Assembly (NCBI GenBank): GCA_014860355.1
Contig: JACZJV010000050.1
Span: forward strand, 14,733 to 78,732
Source of the DNA: Burkholderiales bacterium
GTDB taxonomy: Bacteria > Pseudomonadota > Gammaproteobacteria > Burkholderiales > SG8-39
Length of the DNA: 64,000 nt
Reading direction: 5' to 3'
In this document: in pieces, positions 26,858 to 36,236 of the stretch
Layout of the letters: each line of letters begins with the position of its first letter
Numbering within the stretch: position 1 is the stretch's first letter
Position numbers and translations under genes: made by a program
The notes under the pieces: generated by a model
Told to the model about the DNA's origin: nothing
Database searches by the model: none
Seen by the model: the letters and a program-made list of their open reading frames with translations, nothing else

Positions 26858-27396
26858 TTCCTTGCTGTTTTTTTCGTCAGGAGCGGGGACAGGATCATCG
26901 CCGCCGGCGCCTGGGTCGCGAACGCCTGCCTGATCATGCTGTCGACGATGAACTCCACATCCTCGAGGCGGGTGATCGCATGGTGTTCGATGCCCAGCGA
27001 CTCGAGCACCGGCCGCATGGTGCGGCAGACCATGGCCTGCCCGAGCTGGAAGTCGCCCAGCGTGCCGCGCTCCGAAATCATCATCAGCACGGGTATCTGG
27101 AAGGGCACGGCCAGCGAAGCGAGCACATTCGGCAGGGTGGCAAAGCCGCTGGTCTGCATCAGCACGATGCCGCGCCGTCCGCCCATGTAGGCGCCGGCGA
27201 CGATACCCACCGCCTCTTCTTCGCGCGCCGGACTCAGCACGGCAAAGTAATCGTCGGCGTGCAATCGCTTGATCAGGGGCGCCAGCACCTTGTCCGGCAC
27301 ATAGGCAATCAGCTCGACCTTGTTTGCCTTGAGCACGCGCACGACGATCTCGTCCCACGCTTCGGATGGCGCACGCGCGGCATTTTCTACCGACAT
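26854..27396 (-). CDS. ThDP-dependent decarboxylase, alpha subunit (second copy)
   Basis: ATG 27396 (MSVENAA) is preceded by GAGGAGA. REEEAVGIVAGAYMGG...LMQTSGFAT PYR-domain pattern. Confidence 0.8.
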   Translation of the reverse strand: MSVENAARAPSEAWDEIVVRVLKANKVELIAYVPDKVLAPLIKRLHADDYFAVLSPAREEEAVGIVAGAYMGGRRGIVLMQTSGFATLPNVLASLAVPFQIPVLMMISERGTLGDFQLGQAMVCRTMRPVLESLGIEHHAITRLEDVEFIVDSMIRQAFATQAPAAMILSPLLTKKTARK

Positions 27397-27485
27397 CTCA
27401 CTTCTCCTCGCAGTCACTTGAACGGCAACGGTCAGGGTGCCGGCGCACGCGCCCGACTATCCCGGCAACGATACTCCTGCCCCCT

Positions 27486-27746
27486 CTAGCCCCCTTCGAT
27501 CTTGGGAATGAAGTAGATTTCGCTGCCCGGGTGCACCGGGTGGAAATAGGCGACCTCGTGAATCTCGCCGTCGATGGCGACGCTGGTCTCCTCCTCCAGG
27601 TGCTCGCCCAGGCCGGGGTAGCGCCGGTCCAGCACACGGATGACGTCGAGCAGCGTCCGCGCCTCGATCTCGAATTCCTTCACGCCGCCGGTGTAATGCC
27701 CGCTGTGGCTGCTGATGAGTACCACGCGCACCGGCGCCCCGCCCAA
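27486..27746 (-). CDS. MoaD/ThiS-family ubiquitin-like protein ending in Gly-Gly
   Basis: 86 aa (or about 80 from internal GTG codons) with a beta-grasp-like pattern. The C-terminus ...YFIPKIEGG lies directly before the stop. Located 4 nt after the Mo-subunit gene. Confidence 0.65.
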   Translation of the reverse strand: MGGAPVRVVLISSHSGHYTGGVKEFEIEARTLLDVIRVLDRRYPGLGEHLEEETSVAIDGEIHEVAYFHPVHPGSEIYFIPKIEGG

Positions 27747-27750
27747 GTCC

Positions 27751-30048
27751 CTACTTCCCCGGCGCCGTATGAATCGCGGCCAGAACCTTGGGCGGCGACA
27801 TGGGCAATTCAGTCATGCGCCTGCCGATCGCATTGTTGATCGCGTTGGCGACCGCCGCCATGACCGGGACGATGTTCACCTCGCCCGCCCCTTTCGCGCC
27901 AAAGGGGTGGTTCGGGTTCGGCACCTCGACCAGCACCGTCTCTATCATCGGCAGGTCGGATGCGACCGGAATCCGATAGTCGAGGAAGCCCGCGTTCAAC
28001 AGGTGCCCGGCATCGTCGTAGACATACGCTTCGTTCAGGGCCCAACCGATACCCTGCACGGCGCCACCCTCCATCTGCCCCTCGACATAGCTGCGATGTA
28101 TCGCCCGTCCCACGTCCTGCGCGACGACGAAGCGCAGGATCTTCACGCTGCCCGTCTCCGTGTCGACCTCGACATCGCACAATTCGCTGGCGAAGCCCGG
28201 CGCCGCGCCGCCTGCGTTGACCGAGGCCTCGGCGCCGATCGGCCCGCCGGTCAGCGCCCTCTTGGCGGCAATGGCCTTGAGCGACAAGGGCTCGTGCTTG
28301 CCCGCGCCTGCGCGTCTGGCACTGCCGTCCTCCCAGCTCACCTGGTCCTTTTCCACGCTCCAGATCATCGCGGCGCGCGCGCACAATTCGGTGATCACTT
28401 TCCTGCACGCCTCGACCACGGCGATGCCGGTGGCGTAGGTGACGCGCGAGCCGCCCGTCACATGGGTGTAGCCGATCGACGCGGTATCGGCCACGATGGC
28501 GCGCACATCCTCGTATTCGATGCCCAGGGTCTCGGCCGCCATGATCGCCATCGACGCGCGCGAACCGCCGATGTCCATGCTGCCGGTTGCGACGACCACC
28601 GTCCCGTCCTCGTTCACGTGCACCGTCGCGCTCGATTCGCCGCCGTTGTTGAACCAGAACCCCGAAGCCACCCCGCGCCCCTGGTTCCTGCCCAGCGGCG
28701 CCGCGTAGGCTGGATGGGCGAGCAGTGCCTTGAGGGTCTCGGCGCAACCGTCGTGCGCATGCTTGGGCCCCCAGACCGTGGGCGTTCCCGTCCTGCACGC
28801 ATTCACCAGCCTGAACTGCAGCGGATCCATGCCGATTTTGGCCGCGACCGCGTCCATGACGCTTTCCACCGCGTATGCCGAGATGGGCGAGCCGGGCGCG
28901 CGATACGCGGCCGACTTGGGCCGGTTGCAGACCACGTCGTAGCCTACCGAGCGCACATTCGGGATGTTGTAGGGCGCGAATCCGCACATGGTCGCGTTCA
29001 TCACCGGCGAGCCCGGGAATGCGCCCGCCTGGAACTTGAACACGCCGTCGGCGGCGACGAGCTTGCCGTCCCTCTTGACCCCGATCCTGACCGTCATGGA
29101 CGCCCCGGAGGTCGGGCCGGTGGCCTTGAATACGTCCTCGCGGCTCATCATGATTTTCACCGGGTGGCCGCTCTTGCGCGAGAGCGCGGCTGCCAGCGGC
29201 TCGACATAGATGACTGTCTTGCCGCCGAAGCCGCCGCCGATCTCGGCCGGATGCACCAGCACGTCGCCGATGTTCATGTCGAGCAGGCGCGCGGTGAACG
29301 CGCGCACCACGAAGTGCCCCTGGCTCGCCGCCCAGATTTCCCCCTGGCCCTTGTTGTCGAAGCGCGCGAGGCAGGCGTGCGGCTCGATGTAGCCCTGATG
29401 CACCGGCGCCGTCTTGAAGTTCATTTCCACGATCTCGTCGGCCGCGGCGAATCCGGCGTCCAGGTCGCCGATGCTGAACTCGATACGCTTGGCAATATTC
29501 GAAGCTTCGTTCGGCGGCGGATCGATGCCGCGGGTGATCATGTCCTCGAACAGCAGCGGTGCACCCGGCTGCATCGCCTCATCTACGTCGATGACATGCG
29601 GCAGCACTTCGTAGTCGACCTCGATCAGGCGCAGCGCCGCCTCGGCGATGATCTTGCTGGTCGCAGCGACGGCGGCGAGGGCATGACCTTCGTAAAGGAC
29701 TTTCTCGCGCGCCATGACATTGCGCGTCATGTGCCAGAAGTTGATGGCAACGCGCTCGGGGCCGACGAACTCGTACTTCTGTTCGGGAAAATCCGCCGAA
29801 GTGATCACCGCCTTGACGCCGGGCAGCGCGCTCGCCTTCGAGCTATCGATCGAGCGGATGCGGGCATGGGCATGCGGCGAGCGCAGGATGGCGCCCCAGA
29901 GCATGCCCGGCAGGGCGTAGTCCGCTCCGTAGCGGGCGAGGCCCGTTACCTTGGGCACCCCGTCCGGGCGCACCGGGCTGGTGCCGACTATCTTCAGGGT
30001 TCTGTCGCCGCGTCCCTCGGCCTCGGGCTTGATCACTTTGGTGTCCAT
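27751..30048 (-). CDS. xanthine dehydrogenase family protein, molybdopterin-binding large subunit
   Basis: ATG 30048 (MDTKVIKPE) is preceded by GGAGG. 765 aa with aldehyde oxidase/XDH a/b-hammerhead and Mo-binding domains (GGGFGGK, AAYRAPGSP, FGAKGAGE). Confidence 0.9.
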   Translation of the reverse strand: MDTKVIKPEAEGRGDRTLKIVGTSPVRPDGVPKVTGLARYGADYALPGMLWGAILRSPHAHARIRSIDSSKASALPGVKAVITSADFPEQKYEFVGPERVAINFWHMTRNVMAREKVLYEGHALAAVAATSKIIAEAALRLIEVDYEVLPHVIDVDEAMQPGAPLLFEDMITRGIDPPPNEASNIAKRIEFSIGDLDAGFAAADEIVEMNFKTAPVHQGYIEPHACLARFDNKGQGEIWAASQGHFVVRAFTARLLDMNIGDVLVHPAEIGGGFGGKTVIYVEPLAAALSRKSGHPVKIMMSREDVFKATGPTSGASMTVRIGVKRDGKLVAADGVFKFQAGAFPGSPVMNATMCGFAPYNIPNVRSVGYDVVCNRPKSAAYRAPGSPISAYAVESVMDAVAAKIGMDPLQFRLVNACRTGTPTVWGPKHAHDGCAETLKALLAHPAYAAPLGRNQGRGVASGFWFNNGGESSATVHVNEDGTVVVATGSMDIGGSRASMAIMAAETLGIEYEDVRAIVADTASIGYTHVTGGSRVTYATGIAVVEACRKVITELCARAAMIWSVEKDQVSWEDGSARRAGAGKHEPLSLKAIAAKRALTGGPIGAEASVNAGGAAPGFASELCDVEVDTETGSVKILRFVVAQDVGRAIHRSYVEGQMEGGAVQGIGWALNEAYVYDDAGHLLNAGFLDYRIPVASDLPMIETVLVEVPNPNHPFGAKGAGEVNIVPVMAAVANAINNAIGRRMTELPMSPPKVLAAIHTAPGK

Positions 30049-30050
30049 GT

Positions 30051-30527
30051 TCAGCCTCCCCGCATTTCGCGTGCCGCATCCAGCACCGCTTCGATGATCT
30101 TGTTGTACCCCGTGCAGCGGCACAGGTTGCCCGCGAGCCAGAAACGCACTTCTTCCTCGCTCGGATCGGGGTTGCGCTCGAGGAGCGAGCGCGCCGCAAT
30201 CAGGATGCCCGGCGTGCACACGCCGCACTGCAGCGCGGCGTGCTCGAGGAACTTGCGCTGCAGGGGATGCAGGCTGGTGCCTTCGGCCATGCCTTCTATG
30301 GTCTGGATGGACTTGCCCCGTGCTTCGACGCCGAGCACGAGGCAGGAACACACCAGGCGTCCGTCCAGCGTTACGCTGCAGGCGCCGCAATCGCCCGTGC
30401 CGCAGCCTTCCTTGGTGCCGGTGTGGTGCAGTTCGTCGCGCAGCACCTCGAGCAGCGTCTGCTGCGTTTCGCATAGAAATTCGACATCGTTTCCGTTGAG
30501 CGTCGCGCTTACGTGATGCTTGGCCAT
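30051..30527 (-). CDS. (2Fe-2S)-binding small subunit of molybdenum hydroxylase
   Basis: 158 aa. Plant-type cluster CGTGDCGAC and second cluster QCGVCTPG...CRCTGY. Confidence 0.9.
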   Translation of the reverse strand: MAKHHVSATLNGNDVEFLCETQQTLLEVLRDELHHTGTKEGCGTGDCGACSVTLDGRLVCSCLVLGVEARGKSIQTIEGMAEGTSLHPLQRKFLEHAALQCGVCTPGILIAARSLLERNPDPSEEEVRFWLAGNLCRCTGYNKIIEAVLDAAREMRGG

Positions 30528-31399
30528 CAGCCCTTCCTCCTTGCTCTATCGAGCGCAATGCCGGCGGCGCGCCGCGCAAGTACACCCGCGACTTCGACGC
30601 GGAATTCCCGGGTGCCGCGCTTGTCGGCTATGGGCCGGCAGGCCGCGCTCGCGGCCGCGGCCAGGCGCCCGAGCGCCCCTTCGTCGACTTTGCTGCCGAT
30701 CAGCGCGGCCGCCGCCTCGGGCACCAGCAAGGCGCGCTCGGCCACGGCGCCCAGGCTGACCCGCGCATGCGTGCAGACCCCTGTTTCATCCAGCGTGAGA
30801 TTGACCCCGGCGCCGACGACAGCGATGTCCATCTCGGTGCGCGGGGTGAAGCGCAGATAGGCGTCACCCGATCGCGCCGGGCGCGGCGGCAGGAAAAGCG
30901 AGACGACGATCTCCCCGTCGGCGAGCGTGGTCCTGCCCGGCCCTGCGGGGATGTCCTCGACGCGCGCCTCGCGCGTGCCGCCTGGCCCCACGATGCGCGC
31001 CACCGCGCCGGCGGCGATGAGGGCGGGTACGCTGTCTGCCGCAGGCGAGGCGTTGCACAGATTGCCGCCCACGGTCGCGCGTCCCTTCACCTGGACCGAG
31101 CCGATCAGCTTGACCGCGTCGGTCACGCCGGGCCATTCCCGCGCAAACGCCTGGTGTTCTACCAGCTCCATGCAGCTGGCGGCCGCGCCGAAGCGAAATC
31201 CGCCGTTCTCCGCGACGATCGTAGTCATTTCCACGATGCCCTTGATATCGACCAGCAAGCCCGGCACAACGCGCCCGGCACGCATCTGTATCAGCAGATC
31301 GGTGCCCCCGGCCAGCACCCGCGCCTGCCCGCCTGCGCCCGCGAGCAGCGCAACTGCGGCCTCCAGCGTCTTCGGGGCCTCATAAAGAATTTCGCTCAT
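30527..31399 (-). CDS. FAD-binding medium subunit of molybdenum hydroxylase (CoxM/XdhB-like)
   Basis: Internal ATG (MSEILYEAP). LAGGTDL and TVGGNL motifs. The stop shares one base with the next start. Confidence 0.85.
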   Translation of the reverse strand: MSEILYEAPKTLEAAVALLAGAGGQARVLAGGTDLLIQMRAGRVVPGLLVDIKGIVEMTTIVAENGGFRFGAAASCMELVEHQAFAREWPGVTDAVKLIGSVQVKGRATVGGNLCNASPAADSVPALIAAGAVARIVGPGGTREARVEDIPAGPGRTTLADGEIVVSLFLPPRPARSGDAYLRFTPRTEMDIAVVGAGVNLTLDETGVCTHARVSLGAVAERALLVPEAAAALIGSKVDEGALGRLAAAASAACRPIADKRGTREFRVEVAGVLARRAAGIALDRARRKG

Positions 31400-31856
31400 G
31401 TCTTTCCCTGAAAGTTGTTCCACCCATTATCCAGTGTTGCGTGACTCCATGACAAATTTTCGAATGACCGTCCCCCGCCCGGCGGTTCGCGCCTGTGCGC
31501 CGTGGGCATGGTCACGCGCGGTTCCACTGTATTTTACCCAAACTATCCTGCCGGGTTCCCTGGAGGCGGCCATTTCCCGCAAGGCGCCTGCTTGCAGCCG
31601 CGCGCTGCCGGCCACACGAATGGCGTGTCGCCGCGTGCATCGCTGCATCTGATTGCGATGGCAACCGTGTCATTCGTCGGCATTTGTCGTTGCTCGGCCA
31701 GAAGCGGTCCGCGAAGATTATCTTCTATATAATGGCCCGGTCATCGCGCCGGGAAGCCCGGATAAACGAGCCGACAGTCCATTGATTTTCCTGTTACCGC
31801 GCAACAGCGAATATTCGACTTTGTTTTGCCGACTGATCCACCAAGAGGAGAACATC

Positions 31857-32834
31857 ATGAAATTCCAATCCCTGGTCGCAGCTGCCGTTTCCGCAATGGC
31901 GCTGGTCGCCGCGATGATGCCCGCCGCGGCAACTGCCGCAGCCGATATTCCGTGCAACACTGCAAGGCTGATCGTGCCGTGGAAGGCGGGCGGCGCCACC
32001 GACGTGATTTACCGCATCATGGCCAACGCGGTGAACGAAAGCGGCGGCAAGCCCGGACTGCAGGTCGTGAATGTCAGCGGCCAGGGCGGCAACAAAGGCG
32101 CCAAAGAAGCGCGCGAATCCAAGAACGACGGCTGCACGCTGTTCGCCATCCACCAGAGCGCGATGTCCAGCTACTTTACCGGCCGCGTGGACTTCAGTTT
32201 CGAAGCCTTCGAGCCGGTGGCAAACATGACCCGGACCCCGGGCTTCATGGGTGCGGCAGTAAAAACACCCTGGAAAGATCTGAAGGAACTGATTGCCGAC
32301 GCGAGGAAGCGTCCGGGCCAGATACTCGCCGGCGGCACCCTGGGCTCGACCAGCCAGTTCTTTTTCCTGCTGATCGAAGACGCGACGGGCGTGCAGTTCA
32401 AGCACGTGCCCTATGAGGGCGACGCCGATCGCATGACCGCCCTGCTGGCCGGCAACATCGATCTGGCCGAGACCAACCTGACTGCCGCCGGCAGCCATAT
32501 GAAGGCCGGCACGATGAAGGTGCTGGGCTTTTCGGGACCGGAGCGCACCTTCCTGAAGGATGTTCCCACGTTCAAGGAACAGGGCATCGACATGAATTAC
32601 GGCGTGGAGCGCGGCATCGTACTGCCCAAGGGCACTTCGCCCGAGGTCATCAAACACTGGGAGACCGCGCTGCTAAAAGCATGCAAGGACCCGAAGGTCG
32701 CGGAGGCGCTGATCAACAAGGGAACCATCGCGATTTGCGAGGGCTCGGCGCAATACGGTCCCTACATCAAGGCAACCTTCGACAAATGGAAGGCCATCGC
32801 CAAGAAGGTCGGCGTCTACAAGCGCACGGACTAG
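31857..32834 (+). CDS. tctC: tripartite tricarboxylate transporter substrate-binding protein (Bug/TctC family)
   Basis: Internal ATG after GAGGAGAA. Signal peptide, then RLIVPWKAGGATD, typical of Bug proteins. Confidence 0.9.
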   Translation: MKFQSLVAAAVSAMALVAAMMPAAATAAADIPCNTARLIVPWKAGGATDVIYRIMANAVNESGGKPGLQVVNVSGQGGNKGAKEARESKNDGCTLFAIHQSAMSSYFTGRVDFSFEAFEPVANMTRTPGFMGAAVKTPWKDLKELIADARKRPGQILAGGTLGSTSQFFFLLIEDATGVQFKHVPYEGDADRMTALLAGNIDLAETNLTAAGSHMKAGTMKVLGFSGPERTFLKDVPTFKEQGIDMNYGVERGIVLPKGTSPEVIKHWETALLKACKDPKVAEALINKGTIAICEGSAQYGPYIKATFDKWKAIAKKVGVYKRTD

Positions 32835-32919
32835 CAAGAAGCAATAAGCGGCCTCCTCTCGTATCGTTCGAGGGGGGCTGGCTCTGTTCCATCAGTTTGC
32901 CAATCGGGGAATTACTGCC

Positions 32920-33405
32920 ATGGCCCGCTTGAACACGGACACGGTGTGCGCGATCGTCATTTTGGCGGCGGGCGGCGTCTTCTTCTGGGCGACCTTCCAT
33001 ATTCCGAAAATGGGCTACGCATCGCTGGGCGCCGAGGTCTGGCCGCGGGTGGTTCTGGTGCTGCTGTTTGCGCTTACCTTCGCCTATTTGTTTCAGTCCT
33101 TGAAGCGGGGGCCTGACGAAAAGGGCGAAGGCGGCGGGGTGATGGGCTGGATCGGCCGCTATCAGAACGCGCTATGGTGCTATGCGCTGTTCGGGGGCTT
33201 TCTGTACACGCTGAACTACCTCGGCATGCTGATCGGCGGAACGCTGTTCGTATTCCTCACGCTGACGGCCCTGGGCGAGCGTACGCTGCGCGCGCACGCG
33301 GTGCACGCAGCGGTTGCCTTCATCTCCATCGCTTTCATGTGGTCGATCTTCACCTACGGGCTCAAGGTCATCCTGCCCCAGGGCGAAATTTTCTCCGCCT
33401 GGTAA
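32920..33405 (+). CDS. tctB: tripartite tricarboxylate transporter TctB family small membrane protein
   Basis: 161 aa with four hydrophobic segments, positioned between tctC and tctA. Confidence 0.75.
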   Translation: MARLNTDTVCAIVILAAGGVFFWATFHIPKMGYASLGAEVWPRVVLVLLFALTFAYLFQSLKRGPDEKGEGGGVMGWIGRYQNALWCYALFGGFLYTLNYLGMLIGGTLFVFLTLTALGERTLRAHAVHAAVAFISIAFMWSIFTYGLKVILPQGEIFSAW

Positions 33406-33427
33406 GCAAGGCAAAGGACTGCGCGCC

Positions 33428-35122
33428 ATGATGTGGGAGAATTTCACCGAAGCCCTGTACGCGGTCTTCCAGTTGAAGACCATGCTGTTGATGTTCCTGG
33501 GCACCGGCGCAGGCCTGATCGCAGGGGCGATCCCGGGTTTCACCATAGCCATGGCGGTGATCCTTACGCTGCCCTTTACCTTCGCCATGCCGCCCTTGCA
33601 GGGCCTGGCGACGATGATCGGGGTGTTCGTCGGCGGACTCTCGGGCGGTCTGATGTCGGGCATACTGACCGGAATTCCCGGAACTCCGTCCTCCATCGCC
33701 ACCACGTTCGACGGATTCCCCATGGCGCGCGCGGGCAGGCCCGGGCTGGCGCTGGGTCTGGGCGTCTGGTCCTCGTTCTTCGGCGGCTTGATCAGCGCAG
33801 TGGCCCTGGTGCTGCTGGCGCCGCTGTTGGCCGATTTGGGGCTGGAATTCGGGCCCTGGGATTACTTCTCGCTGGTGCTGTTTGCGCTGACGATCACGGC
33901 CAGTCTGGCCGGAACGAATATGCTGAAGGGACTGATCGCCGGCGTCGTCGGCCTGCTGATCAGAACCATAGGCGAGGACGACATCAACGGTATTGCGCGT
34001 CTGGACTTCGGCATGGAAAGCCTGAAGTCGGGCTTTCAGTTCCTGCCGGTGCTGATCGGGCTGTTCGCCTTCGGCCAGCTGCTGAGCGACGTCAAGGACC
34101 GCGTACAGGCCAGGCAGCCCTTGATGAAGGACACCGGGGTGGCGGTCAAGGTCGAGCACCTGGAGGCGATCAAGACCATATTCCGCAGTTGGATCAACCT
34201 GCTGCGCTCGTCTTTCATCGGCATTTTCGTCGGCGTGCTGCCGGCGGCGGGCGGATCGATTTCCAACATCCTTGCCTATGACCAGGCGAAAAAAGCGTCG
34301 AGGACGCCGGAGAAATTCGGCACCGGCATCGCCGACGGCATCATTGCGCCGGAGAGCGCGAACAACGCCACCGCCGGCGGCGCGCTGATGATCCTGATGG
34401 CCCTGGGCATACCCGGCGACCTCGTCGCCGCCGTGATGCTGGGCGCGCTCCTGATCCACGACGTGGCGCCCAGCCCCACTTTCATTACCGAAAACGCGGT
34501 GCTCGCCTACGGCATTTTCATTGCGTTTTTCATCGCGCACCCGATCATGATCATGTTGCAGGCGGTCTGCCTGCGCGGCTTCCTGCTGGTCACCCGGGTG
34601 CCGATGTATACGCTCGCCGCGGTGATCCTGGCCTACTGCGCGATCGGCGTGTTCGCGCTGGAGAACTCGACCCACGACCTGTGGACGGTGCTGATATTCG
34701 GCGTGCTCGGTTACGCGATGCGGGTGTTGCGCTTTCCGATCGCGCCGATGATTCTGGGCGTCGTGCTCGGCAACATGGCCGAGCTCAACCTGTCGCGCGC
34801 CTACGCCACCGCGAGCGACATGACCATGTTCGTGACTTCGTTCGCGCTGCGGCCGTGGTCCGCGTTCTTCCTCCTGCTCGGCGTTTTCTCCGTCGGCTTC
34901 CCCTGGTATCAGAAGGAGTACGGCAGGAAGAAATGGACGCTGGTCTATATCCCCGCGATGGCGGCTGCCCTCGCCTTGCCGATGTTCTTCATGCAGGGGT
35001 CGGTACGCACCTTCGTGGCCGCGGCGTTGCTGGCATGGGCCGCCTATGCGCTGTGGAAACGGCACGCCGGGGGCTGGAAGCTCGAGGCCCAGGAAGACCA
35101 TATAGCGGCGATGAAGGAGTAG
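33428..35122 (+). CDS. tctA: tripartite tricarboxylate transporter permease TctA family
   Basis: Internal ATG (MMWENFTEAL). 564 aa polytopic protein with GAIPGFT and GIPG motifs. Confidence 0.9.
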   Translation: MMWENFTEALYAVFQLKTMLLMFLGTGAGLIAGAIPGFTIAMAVILTLPFTFAMPPLQGLATMIGVFVGGLSGGLMSGILTGIPGTPSSIATTFDGFPMARAGRPGLALGLGVWSSFFGGLISAVALVLLAPLLADLGLEFGPWDYFSLVLFALTITASLAGTNMLKGLIAGVVGLLIRTIGEDDINGIARLDFGMESLKSGFQFLPVLIGLFAFGQLLSDVKDRVQARQPLMKDTGVAVKVEHLEAIKTIFRSWINLLRSSFIGIFVGVLPAAGGSISNILAYDQAKKASRTPEKFGTGIADGIIAPESANNATAGGALMILMALGIPGDLVAAVMLGALLIHDVAPSPTFITENAVLAYGIFIAFFIAHPIMIMLQAVCLRGFLLVTRVPMYTLAAVILAYCAIGVFALENSTHDLWTVLIFGVLGYAMRVLRFPIAPMILGVVLGNMAELNLSRAYATASDMTMFVTSFALRPWSAFFLLLGVFSVGFPWYQKEYGRKKWTLVYIPAMAAALALPMFFMQGSVRTFVAAALLAWAAYALWKRHAGGWKLEAQEDHIAAMKE

Positions 35123-35310
35123 GCCCGGCGACACTTGCCGGAGAGCCTGGATCGATTTCCAGGCGCGGCTTCCCCAATAACAGCCCTGCCAGAGTAGCCC
35201 TCCCGCCGCTTGTCGGCACGCCCCCCAGGCTAGGAGCCTATTTCAAAATTAGGGGACCCCCCTCATACTCGCCCAAATCAGGGGCCATATCGTTGATTCC
35301 GAAATGGCCT

Positions 35311-35493
35311 CTAAGTCTTCTTTAAATCCACGACCGCCTGCTTGACGTCGCCGAGGCCTTTTTGCGCCTGTCCGGTAATCTGTTTGGAAAGCCCCTTGAT
35401 TTGTTGTTCCTTGCTTCCGACCAGCTTGCCCGCTTGTTCCTGGACTTTGCCGACAACGTCCTTCGCCGTGCCCTTCACTTGGTCTTTGTTCAT
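35311..35493 (-). CDS. CsbD family stress protein
   Basis: Internal ATG. MNKDQVKGTAKDVVGKVQEQAGKLVGSKEQQIKG is the canonical CsbD repeat pattern. Confidence 0.8.
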   Translation of the reverse strand: MNKDQVKGTAKDVVGKVQEQAGKLVGSKEQQIKGLSKQITGQAQKGLGDVKQAVVDLKKT

Positions 35494-35548
35494 GTACGCT
35501 TGCTCCTGTTGCATGAGCCACACTCGGCTCGATAGAAGAAATTGGGGG

Positions 35549-35707
35549 CTATATCCTGCCTAGCACCAGCAAAATCAACACGATCAGCAATATCAGGCCA
35601 ACTCCGCCGCTGGGACCATAGCCCCATTGCCTGCTGTGGGGCCAGGTCGGAATCACGCCGAGCAGCGCTAGTACCAGGATGACCAGAAGTATCGTTCCGA
35701 TGCCCAT
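35549..35707 (-). CDS. DUF3309-like small membrane protein
   Basis: 52 aa, MGIGTILLVILVLALLGVIPTWPHSRQWGYGPSGGVGLILLIVLILLVLGRI. Two TM segments flank a WGYGPSGG core. Confidence 0.6.
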   Translation of the reverse strand: MGIGTILLVILVLALLGVIPTWPHSRQWGYGPSGGVGLILLIVLILLVLGRI

Positions 35708-35860
35708 TGGGTTCTCCGCTATTGGACTTGCTGCCGCGCTCCCTGAACACGGCTCCAGATAGCAGATGCTAAGTCTTTGCGCACGGTACCGATGTGCGCT
35801 GGCGTACATAAACGCGCAATTCTTTAAAGACCGGGCGCTGCGCCTGGTTGCTGGCGATCG

Positions 35861-36079
35861 TCATCGGCGGGCAGGTAGCGCCTGTCTGGTTTCGTTTGGC
35901 CGGACGGAAAGCTCATAGGGCGGCAAGCGGCCGTAATCCTTCTTTAGCAGCGCGTAGCACTCGCATACGCGCTTTTCCAGCTGTGCGCGATTGGGTCCCT
36001 TGATATGGCCGCGGCTGTAGTCCTCGGCCGGCAATGCCGCGAGAAGATGGTGTTGCTGCGGTGAATGCGGTGAGGTCAT
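35861..36079 (-). pseudogene. Crp/Fnr-family regulator remnant (internal deletion of cNMP-binding domain and most of the HTH)
   Basis: The 72-aa reading frame joins a typical family N-terminus (MTSPHSPQQHHLLAALPAEDY) directly to a typical C-terminus (GHIKGPNRAQLEKRVCECYALLKKDYGRL). Full-length relatives are about 230-250 aa. Confidence 0.55.
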
Positions 36080-36187
36080 CGCGGTCGTGTGGTCGTGTCC
36101 GCCATACAGCTCAGGCACTATGCGAAAGCAGCGAATTTCGGGAATGCGCCAGATTGAGGAAACGCACCTCCTGGAATTTACATCATA

Positions 36188-36203
36188 TGTGCGATATCGC
36201 ACA
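36188..36203. promoter_or_regulatory. perfect 16-bp Crp/Fnr-type palindrome
   Basis: TGTGCGATATCGCACA (TGTG-N8-CACA) lies about 116 bp upstream of the decayed Crp-family gene start. Confidence 0.5.
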
Positions 36204-36236
36204 GAGTCGGCTGTGGCGGCGGCGGACAATTCAAGT

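Noticed and set aside
27715-30516. 933-aa ORF antisense to the Mo-hydroxylase large and small subunit genes. The same applies to 27809..28987.
   Set aside because: The minus-strand frames carry the 2Fe-2S and Mo-binding motifs and GGAGG-preceded starts. The antisense products are Arg/His/Asp-rich with no recognisable domains.
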